Of a DNA stretch of 64,000 bases, positions 1 through 13,079 are shown piece after piece. A program made the position numbers and the translations under genes. The DNA lies in NCBI RefSeq assembly GCF_001194135.2, contig NC_068988.1, positions 85,513,052 through 85,577,051 on the forward strand. The letters run 5' to 3'. The DNA comes from Octopus bimaculoides. Its lineage: Eukaryota. The notes below the pieces were generated by a model. It did no database searches and was not told where the DNA came from. It worked only from the letters and a program-made list of their open reading frames with translations. How positions within the stretch are numbered: the first letter of the stretch is position 1; every line of letters begins with the position of its first letter.

Positions 1-341
1 GTTGTTTAGTTATATCAGTTGTGTTTAGTGGTGCCTCAGTAGTGCTGGAAAGCAGGCAAGGCAAGAGGCAAGACAGTGTTAGTGTGTCGGTAGAGGTAGG
101 TGGTGTTGGTGATGGTGGCTGCAAACACACAGACACACGCACGCGCACACACACACACACACACACACATACACACACACACACACACACACGAACACAC
201 AAGAACCGCTTACACTATAACACACGTTTTAACATGGTTGATGAAGAAAAAAATCAATACAGCTAGAGAGCTTTTCCTAGCTTCGGAATACGAGATTTCC
301 GCCTAAAAGAAAAAGAAAAACTACTACTACTACTACTACTG

Positions 342-372
<31 letters not shown>

Positions 373-591
373 GACTACTACTGCTGTTGTTGTTGTTGTT
401 GCTGGTGCTGCTGCTTGTTGTACATCTCTCATCGCACCTCCGTTCCGTGCCGCCCCCGCCTCCGTTTCTCCTCCCTTCCTCTCTCCTCTCCAGTTAATAT
501 TCTACTTAAATCAATGATGTAATAGAATATCGACTTTTATTTGTCATTCAGAAAGACAGAAAGAGAGTGATGAGAAGGCGGGGAATAAATA

Positions 592-629
<38 letters not shown>

Positions 630-894
630 TAAAACAGATATATAACAGATAAGTAAATGCAACACACATATGTACATATGTATCTATGTGTACGCACATA
701 CACTCACGCACATGCACACAAGCACATACACATTGATAATACATTCTTACACGCTTTCGACGCGCTGAAAGTTTGAGGAATTCAATATATTGAGCGGTTC
801 TGTTTTCGAAATGAATTGAAATCATCTGTGAATAGATGAAGGGAGATTAAAAAAAAAAAAATTTAAAAAAATGATAAATAAATAAATAATAATA

Positions 895-1262
895 ATGGCT
901 TCAAATTTTGGCACAAGACCAGCAATTTTGGGGGAAGGGAGTAAGTCGATTACATCGACCCCAGCACTCGACTGGTACTTATTTTATTGACCGTGTGAGG
1001 ATAAAAGGCAAAATCAACCTCGGCAGAATTTGAACTCAGAACATAAAGACGGACGAAATGCTGTTAAGTATTTTGTCCGGCGTATTAACGATTCTGCCAG
1101 TTCGCCGAATAATAATAACAATAATCCTTCCTACTAAAGGCACAAGGCCTGAAATTTGGGTAGAAAGGATTAGTCAATTACATCGACCCCAGTGTTTCAC
1201 TGGTACTTAATTTATCGACCCCGAAACGATGAAAGACAAAGTCAACCTCAGCTGAATTTGAA
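895..1262 (-). mobile_element. tRNA-derived SINE family A, two tandem copies (second interrupted by an R4/Dong fragment)
   Basis: Reverse complement gives head GGCGAACTGGCAGAATCGTT (A-box-like) and GAGTTCAAATTCTGCCGAGG (B-box-like), body TTTGCCTTT..ATAAAATAAGTACCAGT, internal hairpin GTCGAT-N3-ATCGAC and tail CTTGTGCCAAAATTTGAAGCC-(ATT)n. The same motifs recur >30 times in the window. Confidence 0.85.
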
Positions 1263-1271
1263 TTCAATAAT

Positions 1272-1535
1272 AATGGCTATGGAAAATGAAGAAGGTGAAG
1301 ATAGTGCCAATTATTGTTGGGTCCTTGGGAACAGTATCAGAAGGCATCAAGTGAAATATAAAGGAAACTGGAATAGAGTGCCCAGTAGAACTGTTACAAA
1401 AGGTTTGTCTCCTTGGCACAGCCAGAATAATCAGGAAAGTATCAGCTGAAAAGAATGGATAGCATGGTACCATAGGCTGCAGGTAGCAATCCCGCAACGC
1501 ATGCTCCAACAAAACCTGTGATAAAGAGTAATAAT
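1272..1535 (+). mobile_element. R4/Dong-clade non-LTR retrotransposon 3' end (family 1)
   Basis: Frame from 1277 reads LWKMKKVKIVPIIVGSLGTVSEGIK*NIKETGIECPVELLQKVCLLGTARIIRKV, the typical C-terminus after the restriction-like endonuclease of R4/Dong/Rex6 elements. Flanked by AAT repeats. Confidence 0.85.
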
Positions 1536-1759
1536 AATGATAATAAATGTCTCAAATTTCGGCACAAAGCCTGTAATTTTAGAGGAAGAAGTTAATGCGT
1601 CGGACAAAATGATTTGCAGTTGTTCTTCCGGCACTTTACGTACTGAGCTGAAATCCCGCTGTCAATGATAATAATGATCCTTTCTACTACAAGCCCAAGG
1701 CCTGAAATTTTGAGGGAGGAAGTTAGACGATTACAGTGACCTTAATTTTGAATACTAAT

Positions 1760-2200
1760 AGATACGTGTCCCCACTCATAAGAATATATCTGCCAAGGAA
1801 TTTGACAAGATCAATAAATATAAGGATCTAAAAATTAAAATACAAAAGATGTGGCATATTAAAGTGAAGGCCGTCTCTATTATTTAGGTGCCCTTGGTAT
1901 GATAAAAATGGCGTATTAGAAACATCTAGATAACATCGTAGGAGACCCATCTCTCAAAAAAATACATAAGATTGTGTTAATAAGAACCATCCATATTCTT
2001 AGAAAAAGAAACCTAAAAACTTAAAAGTTTTATACTGAAACATTCATTTATTGTTCAGGTATTTCTGTACTGTCTTTCTCACTTTTTCTCCCCTGTTTTT
2101 CAATTACATCTAAACAATTTTTTACACTTCACCTGCCCTAGGTTGCTGGGTGTGACCCGCCAAGTGATTGTGTCAAACACAGATTGCAAGCAAAATAACA
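1760..2200 (+). mobile_element. R4/Dong-clade LINE 3' end (family 2), decayed
   Basis: VPTHKNISAKEFDKINKYKDLKIKIQKMWHIKVK..., then frameshifted GALGMIK. 3' UTR motif CCCTAGGTTGCTGGGTGTGACCCG, ending in AACAATAATAAT. Confidence 0.75.
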
Positions 2201-2530
2201 ACAATAATAATTCCTTTTTTTGACCACAAGTCCCATAAAACCTTTAGCACAGTACACGAAGGACAGTGGAGTTTTACATAAAGATCTGTAAGCAATAAAA
2301 TACAACAACAGTTAACAAGAGAATTATAACAACAAAATTCCCTAATGTGGTGGGAAATGCCAACTAAAAGCGACAAAGGAACCCAACAGATTTCGAGTTA
2401 CCCTACTCAGCAGGAGCCCCATGGCAAGTGTTCCTCTCTTTTCCCTCCATATTTTTCGGCCTACAAGCCCATGCTTACAACCGTTAAAGAGGCTTGACAC
2501 TCAACCACAAGTTTGACCAAAGACTTTCAC
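2195..2530 (-). mobile_element. L1/Tx1-type LINE 3' end / 3' UTR
   Basis: Reverse complement (..GTAGGCCGAAAATATGGAGGGAAAAGAGAGGAACACTTGCCATGG..GAGTAGGGTAACTCGAAATCT) aligns by eye to the Tx1 3' UTR at 61085-61270. Ends CTTGTGGTCAAAAAAG. Confidence 0.65.
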
Positions 2531-2676
2531 CAAAGAAACGAACATAATAATTTCTAACATAGGAATTATTAATTGCCCCCTTTATTGATTGCTCTTCATT
2601 TTATTGATCTCAGGAAGATGACTTCAGAGAGATTTGAACAAGGAAGTTAAGAGAGAAAAAGAGAAAGAGGGGAGGA

Positions 2677-2721
<45 letters not shown>

Positions 2722-3077
2722 ACATATACATACACATACATTGTATATATATATATATATGTATATATATANNNNNNNNNNNNNNNNNNNNNNNNNNNNN
2801 NNNNNNNNNNNNNNNNNNNNNNNNNNNNNNNNNNNNNNNNTATATATATGCATGTATGTATTATATATAAGGTAGTGCTATATTTAATTCAATGAAACAG
2901 CAACACACGACTGCTACTTATTTTATTGATCTCAGAAAGCAGGACGACAAAAATTGTTCTAGTGTGTGTCGAGGATACATAACCAAATAGAGCAAGGCCT
3001 TTAATCCGACATTCTGCATTTACTTTCCAGTCCACGAACCCATTAATACTAACAATTATATTAACAGTTAGGGTTTC

Positions 3078-3230
3078 CTGGAGGTATGTGACATAATATG
3101 TAGTGTGCTGAGTGCTCGATCGTCAGGTCGTGGGTTCGACTCCTGGACCATAACATATTATTTCCTTGGGCATGGCACTTTATTTCATATTGCTCCAGTC
3201 GACTCAGTTGAAAATTGAGTATCAGCAATA
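3078..3230 (+). mobile_element. tRNA-derived CORE-type SINE (family B)
   Basis: B-box GGGTTCGACTCC followed by CORE-like TTCCTTGGGCATGGCACTTTATTTCATATTGCTCCAGTCGACTCAG. Related copies on the minus strand at about 12140-12420, 30820-31030, 31960-32140, 33672-33805 and 53935-54110. Confidence 0.7.
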
Positions 3231-3276
3231 GGTGAAAGTCCGTCATGCGAAGGGCATGTGTTCCGTTCATTTAGAG

Positions 3277-3517
3277 CAGTGGTTCTATATCGGGGTTCAT
3301 ATAGCCCTTGGGGGCCCATATAAGATTTTGTTAAAATGTAGAATAAGTTGGTTATATTTCTACAATACACAAAATATTTTAACATTTTTTAAAAATACAA
3401 TTCCTTGTAATATTTAATTATAAAAATGCAATAGGATTTTGTAAACATCAACTGGGTATGGTAAATCCACCCAAGTAATATAGGAATCCGTGGGTAAAAT
3501 ATGGTTGAGTACCAGTG
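3277..3517. mobile_element. hAT (Charlie-like) MITE
   Basis: Ends CAGTGGTTCT.. / ..GGTTGAGTACCAGTG (imperfect TIR). 8-bp TSD ATTTAGAG (3269-3276) / ATTTAGGG (3518-3525), matching the hAT-Charlie nTYTAGAn preference. Confidence 0.75.
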
Positions 3518-3569
3518 ATTTAGGGTGAGAGTAGGAAAATCTTTTACTCTCAAACACCTAGACGCCCTG

Positions 3570-3772
3570 AAAATCCGGATAAGATGTTGCCTCACAAGCC
3601 GAAAATCACAGATCCGGATAAGATGTTTCCTCAGAAGCCTATTGGCATGAATCCAGGTAAAATGCTGCTTCATGAGCCAATAGGCACAAAACCAGGGAAG
3701 ATGCTTTCTCAAGAGTCTATAGGCACAAAGCCAGATAAGATGCTATCTTACGAGTGTCTATAGGTACAAAAT
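3570..3772. repeat. Degenerate 39-bp tandem repeat (about 5 units)
   Basis: Units such as GCCTATTGGCATGAATCCAGGTAAAATGCTGCTTCATGA / GCCAATAGGCACAAAACCAGGGAAGATGCTTTCTCAAGA / GTCTATAGGCACAAAGCCAGATAAGATGCTATCTTACGA. Confidence 0.8.
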
Positions 3773-4194
3773 TTCAAAGAATTACATAAGATTTCTTGCT
3801 TTCATACAAGACCATACATTTACAGAAAATGATCCTTAGTATATCACTGGTAAAAATACAGAGAGTTGATAAATAAAGTTGATCCTAGCAGGGCTTGAAA
3901 TCAAAACATAAAGGGACAGAAGATTTTGCTTTGTTCTCTAACCATTCGGCCATGAGCTATCCTCCAGTTAATCATGATAATTTCCTACACGGACACAACG
4001 GCAGCAGACATTTTGGTTCAGTACTTTTTCTTTTTTTTAGAATATCGACTCTATTACTTCATTTGTGTTGATGGTATTAAGCCCAAAGGCAGAGTTTGAC
4101 GTCAGTGAGATTTGAATTCCCAATGTAAAAGTTTTTCGTCTGTAACTTTACTGATTCTGTTGCACAAAGCCTAATTCCTTTTTATTAATAACCC

Positions 4195-4880
4195 TTTCTA
4201 TTACAGGCACAAGGCCTGAAATTTGGGGGAAGGGGGTTAAGTCGATAACATCGACCCCAGTACTAAACTGGCTACTTATTTTATCGACCCCAGTATTCAA
4301 CTAGTATTTATTTTATCGACACCGAAAGGATGAAAGGCAAAACTGAACTCAGAACGTAAAACCGGACGAAATACCGCGATGCATTTTGTCCGGGGTGCTA
4401 ACGATACTGCCAGCCCATCGCCTTACTCCTTTTATTGGTTACAAATGTTGATACAAGGCCAGTAAAAACAAAGGATTAGGTAAGTCGATTACATCGACCC
4501 CCTAAGCTCGATTAGTACTTGTTTTATCGACCCCGAAAGGATGAAAAGCAAAGCTGACCTCGGCGAGATTTGGACACAGAACGTAAAGTGAGACGAAATG
4601 TCGCAGAACATTTTGCCTAGCGGGCTAACCATACTAGCAACTCGCCGCCTAACCACCCCTTTATTAATAATCCTTTCAAATGTAAGCCTGGAATTTGTGG
4701 GGAGGGAGATAATAGACTACATCGACTCCAGTACCTGACAAGTACTTAATTTATCCACCTCGAAAGGATGAAAGGTAAAGTCGACTTCGGCGGAATTTGA
4801 ACTCAGAACGTAAAGACGAACGAAATGCCACTAAGCATTTTGCCCACCATGCTAACGACTCTGCCAGCTCGCCGCCTTAA
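4195..4880 (-). mobile_element. SINE family A, three head-to-tail copies
   Basis: Three repeats of the family A motif set at about 4195-4425, 4445-4650 and 4670-4880, separated by short TTA/TAA tracts. Confidence 0.85.
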
Positions 4881-4984
4881 TTCCCATTACTAATAATAAG
4901 AAAGATAAAGAGGCGTCTTCAAATTCATGATAAAAAGTATGTTATGTTAATAGGGAATTACCTTAAACAAGGAACACACAGGCG

Positions 4985-5520
<536 letters not shown>

Positions 5521-5939
5521 AGGCTGACATACAAATATGCACATGCATATGGATTATACATATTTATATCCATATACATAAGAATTTTTTAATCATTCAG
5601 TTGAAGGATCGGTGGACCTATGACATTCAGAATCCTCCGAAGAATGATGTCATTAATGTGGTTGATATTTAGTTTCAACCTCCCTTTGTAGGTTAATACC
5701 TAGAAGGCCTTTTAGGAAGAACGTAGACGGGGCAAAGGTTTTGTAAAGCAATTCATTTGTTCATTCGTGAAAGGGAATATCTGGATAAAGTGTTTCATTA
5801 TTGGATTAATGCGAGGCATTGCATCAACGAAGAAAGGAGTTGACATGATTTCATCCGGTGGGGTCTGTGGAGGTGATATACAAGTTTCTACTCGTCTGAA
5901 CTAGCAAGCTCTTTTCCGAACTTGCTTGTTCAGAGGAGT

Positions 5940-5981
<42 letters not shown>

Positions 5982-6719
5982 AGTAGTAGTAGTAGTTGTT
6001 GTTGTTGTAGCTGTTGTCGAACAGAGAGAAGACACATAGCGTGCCAATAAATGACCTCCTTTTGAATGTAACTTCATTACTTTGTGTGATGAGCACAGGT
6101 ACTCCTTGCGCTACGGGACTCTATTTACGAAATTTCCCACTCAGAAATTCGAAAGTATGGCCGCAGATTTTGCATACGTTCTTTAATTCTGCTCTTACGC
6201 AAACACTGTTAGATTTTAGCAATTATGAAAACTGAAATCAGAATACATAGGTATATACATATATTAAACTACGTTTTCCTAGAAATAGCTCTTTAATATA
6301 TCTAGCCGCCCGTCATTTTTCTATCACCATGTTCTGTATATTTTTGTTGCTTACAGCCTATCATTTCAACACTAATTTTAGTATTTTTCAACATTCTAGC
6401 CAACACCTACTATCTCCCTCACTCCCTCAGCTTGTTCGTGCGTTTCATTAATTCACCTGATTTGGATTTTGTTATTAACATTAGTCATATAGTACTACCT
6501 CCTAAATCGTACAACTTTCACCCTTTCGACATAACCCATCCACCCCTTTCATTTTCTTATTTCCATTCTTGCGTCCGAAGTAATAAGTTGTACTTTTTTG
6601 CCGACACGGAACATAACAGCTTTCCTCGGATTCAACTGCCTTACTATTTGGAGTGGACTTTTTTTTTCGTCTATCACGTTCGGTGCTGTTGGATTTAATT
6701 ACAAAACGCGTACAGTATA

Positions 6720-7970
6720 ATGCATTATCCTTTGTTCAAGTTAAATGGAAAGAAGCAATCATATAGAAGTGAATGCAGTATTTAGAAAAGAAGTTGTAAA
6801 AGGACTATAATGAGTGTTAAACTTAATGTTTTAGAAAGGTTTGGTGCGAAAGAGTAACTGTCATATTCCAAAAACATTGAAGCTTCTATATTGAGAAAAA
6901 CATAACAATAAAGATAAAATTAGGTCAATTGCCCAGTAAGTTATTCCATAAACTGCACAGGCATTTTTTTTTTTATAGAATTGAAGTTACGTTTAATATG
7001 GAACGATTCCTGAGTGTGTGGCTTGACGATCAGACTGAACCTAATGGGCTGATAAACACGATAGTCATTCATACTAAAGTTTGTACGACGGTTTGTGTAA
7101 AGAGGAAGGTGTAACTTCTAATACAAAACCTTTCCTTGTGAGTAAAAATTGGTTTGAAGGCGTTAAGAGACGCCTTAATTTACAGAGCATTAAAATGATC
7201 AGTGACGTTGCCAGTGCTAGTAAAGAAGCTGCTAGTAATTATCCCGAGGAAAATATTATTGAAGGAAAATTGCTCACTGAATTTTTGGAAATGCATGATC
7301 ACTAGGATGAAAAGCCTACGACAGGCTTTAAAGCTCTCCCAAATCGTTTGACCATTCTTTTAGGAGGAAGAGATGGTGATATGACATTATAATCCCTACT
7401 TTTGTGTTCCTACAAAAATCCAAAGGCTTTCAATGGCTACAGTAAATTAAATCTACCTGTCATGCTACGATCAAAAAAGAAGAGCTGTATGCCTTCGTAT
7501 TTTGCTAAGACTGATTTACAAGCTTCTTTTACCTGGCTATGTGAGAGTACAGCGCCAGGTGTAATATATATCCAACAGAGCATTACACCAAGTCACCTAG
7601 TGAACTTAAATGATATTTCTGATAATGTGAATATATTCCACTAGAAAAGTTATTCGCTCCACCCAGTGGATCAAGGTCTGATAGCTAACTTCAAGGCTTA
7701 TTATCTTGAAAGCACTCCATAAAAGCAACATTAATTGATGCTTTAGAAAAAATGTGTTCAGAAGAAACTACTTTCATATTAGACATGACATTGTTGCTAA
7801 AGATATCATACAATATGATCTCAGTAGGAAAGATTGTCCTGACGAACATACCAGAGACAGACTGCATCCACACGTTCATAAATAACGAAGAATGGTTGGT
7901 GGAGGGAGGTACATTTCTCTCGAAATAAAAAGAATCCTTAATCAGATAGAAACATAAAAGAACTGGCATT
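6720..7970 (+). pseudogene. Tigger/pogo-family DDE transposase relic
   Basis: Frameshifted pieces MERFLSVWLDDQ (CENP-B-type HTH), FLVSKNWFEGVKRRLNLQSIK..ASA, YKNPKAFNGYSKLNLPV and HPVDQGLIANFKAYY (cf. QPMDQG..FK.YY of pogo/Tigger). Many stop codons. Confidence 0.85.
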
Positions 7971-8144
7971 AGGTTTTAGAAGAGGTGCGTGGGGGATATG
8001 TACTGTTGCTATAAGTGGTTGTTCATTGGTTGTAAATGTTTCGTCTAAAGTAGTGAAGCATGAAAACGTCTGTAATGAACAACTAAAAATGTTATAACAC
8101 TTATACAGTAGCTATAGATTCTTTTTGTTCAGAACCATATAAAT

Positions 8145-8147
8145 ACG

Positions 8148-8202
<55 letters not shown>

Positions 8203-8725
8203 CGCATATACACTTTCTTACACGCATTCATACATACATTGATAACCTATATATATGCACACATACGTACCTACATACATATATACATACACATATGCGC
8301 ATATACGTATACACATATAGGTGCATACACAATGCACAATTACACACAAATATATGCGTACACATAGACATACGTATACATATGCACGGGCACTTATATA
8401 TAGATGCATACATGCACTTATATATAGATGCACATATGCGCACACATGCACACACATACAAACTTACATACGGACATAGCCATGCATACAAATATATATA
8501 CATACATACTTAAATAGAAACATGCAAGTATACATATATACAGAAACATGAAACACACGCACATACATATACATACATTTACAGACACATATAGGCATGT
8601 GCATAAATATGTATTCATAGATGTATGCATATATGCATATACACACATACAGGTATACAAATATCCATACCTAGATGCATACACATATACATACTTACAT
8701 ACATGCATACATACATATTTACATC
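8145..8725. repeat. (CA)n and degenerate (TACA/TA)n low-complexity tract
   Basis: Read directly. Confidence 0.9.
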
Positions 8726-8739
8726 AGTACAATGCAATC

Positions 8740-9019
8740 CAAACTTTGCCATCCGAAAATAAATAGATTGAACTGGGAAAACGTAGAGAATCTCTCTGTT
8801 ATTGTATGCATGCATAAACATCAATACCAGCAATATTGGTGGACTATTCCCATCAAAACTTCTACCAAGGGAAAATGTAACAAGCCAGATATAACTTTGG
8901 TGGGCAGAGAAGAAACCATTACCACGAACATAGCCGAGATATTTCTAACGTCAATAATCTTTTCAAAATTCATAATTTTAAGGTCAGCTACGTCTGCCTG
9001 GAAAATATCGCTTATATCG

Positions 9020-9020
<1 letters not shown>
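8740..9020 (+). mobile_element. Decayed R4/Dong endonuclease-region fragment
   Basis: YWWTIPIKTSTKGKCNKPDITLVGREE resembles the W-D-..I-T-D....N-(K/R)-P-D-I REL motif. Ends in (AAT)n(GAT)n. Confidence 0.55.
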
Positions 9021-9104
<84 letters not shown>

Positions 9105-9254
9105 GTTTCAAATTTTGGTACAAGGCCAGCAAGTTCGAAGGGAGGTAGTAAGTTGATTACATCAACCATAATGCTCAACTGAACATCATCAGAACGACCA
9201 TGACCACCATTATTACTCTAGCCTTAACTCCTTCTTTCTCATCATCGCTATCTA

Positions 9255-9860
9255 CGTTCTCTTCCTCTTCTTCTTCTTCTTCTTCTTCTTCTTCTTCTTC
9301 TTCTTCTTCTTCTTCTTCTTCCTCTTCCTCCTCCTCCTCCTTCTCCTTCTCCTCTTCCTCCTCCTTCTCCTCTTCCTCCTCCTTCTCCTNNNNNNNNNNN
9401 NNNNNNNNNNNNNNNNNNNNNNNNNNNNNNNNNNNNNNNNNNNNNNNNNNNNNNNNNNNNNNNNNNNNNNNNNNNNNNNNNNNNNNNNNNNNNNNNNNNN
9501 NNNNNNNNNNNNNNNNNNNNNNNNNNNNNNNNNNNNNTCTTCTCCCTTCTCTTCCTCCTCCTCTTCCCCTTCCTCCTCCTCCACTTCCCCTCCTCCTTCT
9601 CCTCCTCATCTCCCCCTCCTCTTCTCCCTTCTCTTCCTCCTCCTCTTCCCCTTCCTCCTCCTCCTCCACTTCCTCTTCTCCTTCTCCTCCTCATCTTCTC
9701 CCTTCTCTTTCTCCTTTCTTCCTTCTCTTTCTCCTTTTGCTCTTTCTCTTCTTCCTCGTTTTTCTTCTCTTCTCATTTCCTCCTCTTCCTCCTCCTCCTC
9801 CTTTTCCGCTTATCCCTACCCCCGTTTCCTCCTCTTCCCCTCCTCTTTATTTGTCTAGTT
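9255..9860. repeat. (TTC)n/(TCC)n polypyrimidine tract spanning a gap
   Basis: Read directly. Confidence 0.95.
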
Positions 9861-10398
9861 GATCAGTTCAATATTCGATCTATCAATAAGTTTAATTAAC
9901 ATTACTGTTTGTTTTGTTTCTGAATTCAATATTTAGAAAGAGAGACGGCACGTTTTATTGCTTTATTTTTATTTTTAACTTTTTTTTTTAAATATCGAGC
10001 TTATATAACATTGCCAACATTTCAAAGAGCGTCCATTGTTTAGTTCACTGTTATTTATTCATATTATAAATAATATAATATGTATTTTATAGAATATTTA
10101 ATATATTAATATAATATTAAAAAATATATATATAATTAGAATGTTATATTATTAGATTCAATATTGTGTTTATTCTTTGCTTGCTTTTTTTAAAATTCAT
10201 AACAAAATCCCTCAAGGTCGCTACAAACACGAGTTTTCGCAATCTTAGAATCCCTGGTGAGTCTCTCATGGCAGCTAGCCCTATGAATACAAGAGCTTAA
10301 TGAAGCTGCTCTTTCAATACTAGGAATCCTTTTTAAGAGTAGGAATTAAATTCCCTCTTGATCTGTTACCGACCCTCTATAACTCTTAAGTCTGGTTT

Positions 10399-10429
<31 letters not shown>

Positions 10430-10431
<2 letters not shown>

Positions 10432-11600
10432 GTCCTTTGTTCTGACGTTTGTGGGGAATGAGCTAGTCGATTACATCGACTCCAATACCTGACTGGTGCT
10501 TATTTTATCGACTCCGAAAGGATGAAAGCAAACTCGACCTTGGCGAAATTGAACTCGGAACGCAAGGATGGACGAAATACTGCTAAGCATTTTGTCTGAC
10601 GTGCTTTCGACTCAACCAACTTTCCACCTTCAGTTTCTGATTTAGACACACGACCAGCAATTCAGAAAAGGAGAGACTAGTCGGTACCATCGACCGACAC
10701 CCGAAGGGATGAAAGAAAAGGTTGATCCTCGCGGAATTTGAACTCAGAATGTAAAGAATAGGAACAAAGCACCACAAAGCATTTTGTTCAACCCTCACAC
10801 GATTCTACCAATCCACCATTCTTAATGGTCTCTGATTTAGGTACAAGGCCTGGAATTTTGAAGGAAAGGGTAAGACGATTGCATTGACCCAGTATTTGAT
10901 AGGTACTTTATTTTATCAACCCCGAAGGATAAAAGGCAATGTTGACCTCGATAGGATAAGAACTCAAAACGTAAAGAGCAACAAGAGTTTACACAAAGCA
11001 TTTTTATCGGACGCTCTAACGAGTTTACCCTTTTCATACCTAGGGTGATGTTGCAGCTACATATACAAACACCCAAAGTGACTCATAAAACTGGACATCT
11101 AGTTCACTGTCAATACTTCACCAACACTCTAGATAGAGCCCATTGGCGCTCTACTGTTTCTGCTATCCATCATAAAGCATTGATTCCTTAACATTCTAAG
11201 GCCACAAATTTTTGGAACAAGGATCTCGTCGATTTCATTGACCACCTCCCTCAATACTCTATAAGTATTCAACTTTTGAAGAATGAAAGGTAAAGTGGTT
11301 TTTGAAAGGTATTCGAATTTGGAATGTAAATCTGATTCGAATATTGTAAAACAATTTTTCCTGACGGTCCACCGATTAAGCTAACAACTAATTCTTACAG
11401 ACTTTGTCATATTGATTTTTAATATTGGCATATCCACGCATTAAATCAACTCCAGTGCTTGTCTGGTACTTTATTTTATCGACATCGAAAGAAAAAAAAA
11501 TGCAAAGCTGACCACGGTGGGACTTCAATCTAGAGCGCAAAGAGCCAGAATACATATCCCAAAACATTTTTACAGGCGTTTAACGATTCCACCAGCTCGC
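10430..11600 (-). mobile_element. SINE family A cluster (about 5 copies, same orientation)
   Basis: Motifs GTCGATTACATCGAC, GGTACTTATTTTATCGAC, GAAAGGCAAAG and GAATTTGAACTC repeat at about 10430, 10630, 10835, 11175 and 11440. Confidence 0.8.
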
Positions 11601-12139
11601 CACCCTCCTGACTTTGTTAAAGATAAACTAATATATGAGAAATCAATAATGAATGTTTTGAAATCAATACTAAAGATATGTATTTTTAAAAATATTTCCC
11701 TTTAAACAAGGCGTTCGTTAGTTATCTCCCGTCTTAGTACTTCATCTTTCACTATTCTTTCTCTGTCTTCACCTATTTTAAACATCTTGTTTAGAGATAC
11801 TATAACCTATTGACACCTCAACAACGAAGCCTTTATCGATTTTCAAAGACAACTTATATAATAAGTCTCCAGCAGACTTAAACTAAGACACTCGCTTCAC
11901 AATTATTGATGAAAACGAACACTGAAAAACGGTTGCATTTCTATCTCATAAGTTATTAATTAGTTGCTCAAATTAACTTTTCGAAATAACTTTCAGCCAG
12001 GCGAAATAATCAAGTGGATAACATTATTGGGCTAATCATTGAAAAGTCGTCAGTTCAACTCAGTGCCCCAGCATGACCGCAACCCAGTGACTGAGACCAA
12101 TAAAAGAATAGTAACGATGAATTAGATTGTGTACGAATG

Positions 12140-12420
12140 TTGTGAGCAAGGTTAAGGGTCCTGGACATTACCGTCTTGAGTTTTAGGGTTCACAGAGCCG
12201 GTTTTCCTGCTTCCATAGCGCATAAGCAACTAAGATCAAAAGGGTCACCCTGAAGGGGACGCCACTCCGTCACAAGGTTACTCATTTACAACTGAATGGA
12301 CTGGAACAACATGAAACGAAGTGGGGGGGGGGTTCTAGGAGACAACACACCACCTGGTCCTGGAATCGATACTGCAAGCCTGCGATCGTGAGTGGCGCAG
12401 CCTAACCACTATGGTCAGGC
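12140..12420 (-). mobile_element. CORE-type SINE family B, long copy
   Basis: Reverse complement starts CCATAGTGGTTAGGCTGCGCCACTCACGATCGCAGGCTTGCAGTATCGATTCC (tRNA-like head), then TTCATGTTGTTCCAGTCCATTCAGTTGTAAATGAGTAACC. Confidence 0.7.
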
Positions 12421-12709
12421 ACTTTCACAGGGTTGAGGATAGAAGTGAAAAAGCAAGGGAGAAGTTATTTATTGGGAAGGATTAGTGGATGAAACAAATA
12501 AGAATTAACATGAAAACGGGATTGAATAAGAAAGATAGGATTATTGGCCAATTAAATGGTTCGTAAATAATTTCACGACAAACAGCTATATACACTTATA
12601 TATCTAGTTTTCCTTGGATTCTTGGCTTTTGTTTTACAAGATTTCCAAAGCGAAATCATATGTTGGAACAGATGTTGTTGTATCCTGGGAGAATCGTTTT
12701 GCCAATAAA

Positions 12710-12738
12710 ACACACACACACACACACTGGTTGTTGTT

Positions 12739-12780
<42 letters not shown>

Positions 12781-12781
12781 C

Positions 12782-12854
<73 letters not shown>

Positions 12855-12905
12855 CATTCTTTTTCATCCTCGTCATGACCACCACCACCATCATCATCAT
12901 CTTCA
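12710..12905. repeat. (CA)n-(TTG)n-(TTA)n compound microsatellite
   Basis: Read directly. Confidence 0.95.
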
Positions 12906-13079
12906 CAGCATAGCATAACTTAGCTAATCAGACTCATACCCCGCTGCATTCAATTTAATTAATATTAATCAGCGGGACACGTTTTATTTATTCCACGGTT
13001 CATAAACGTTCTTCTTTCCATAAATGATCATAAAAATTCCCCCTTCTCCCTTTTTTTTTATTCATCCTCCGACATTATG

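Noticed and set aside
3389-3712. Minus ORF with repeated L..H motifs as a C2H2 zinc-finger array
   Set aside because: No CX2C pairs or HX3H spacing; it is only the antisense reading of the 39-bp repeat.
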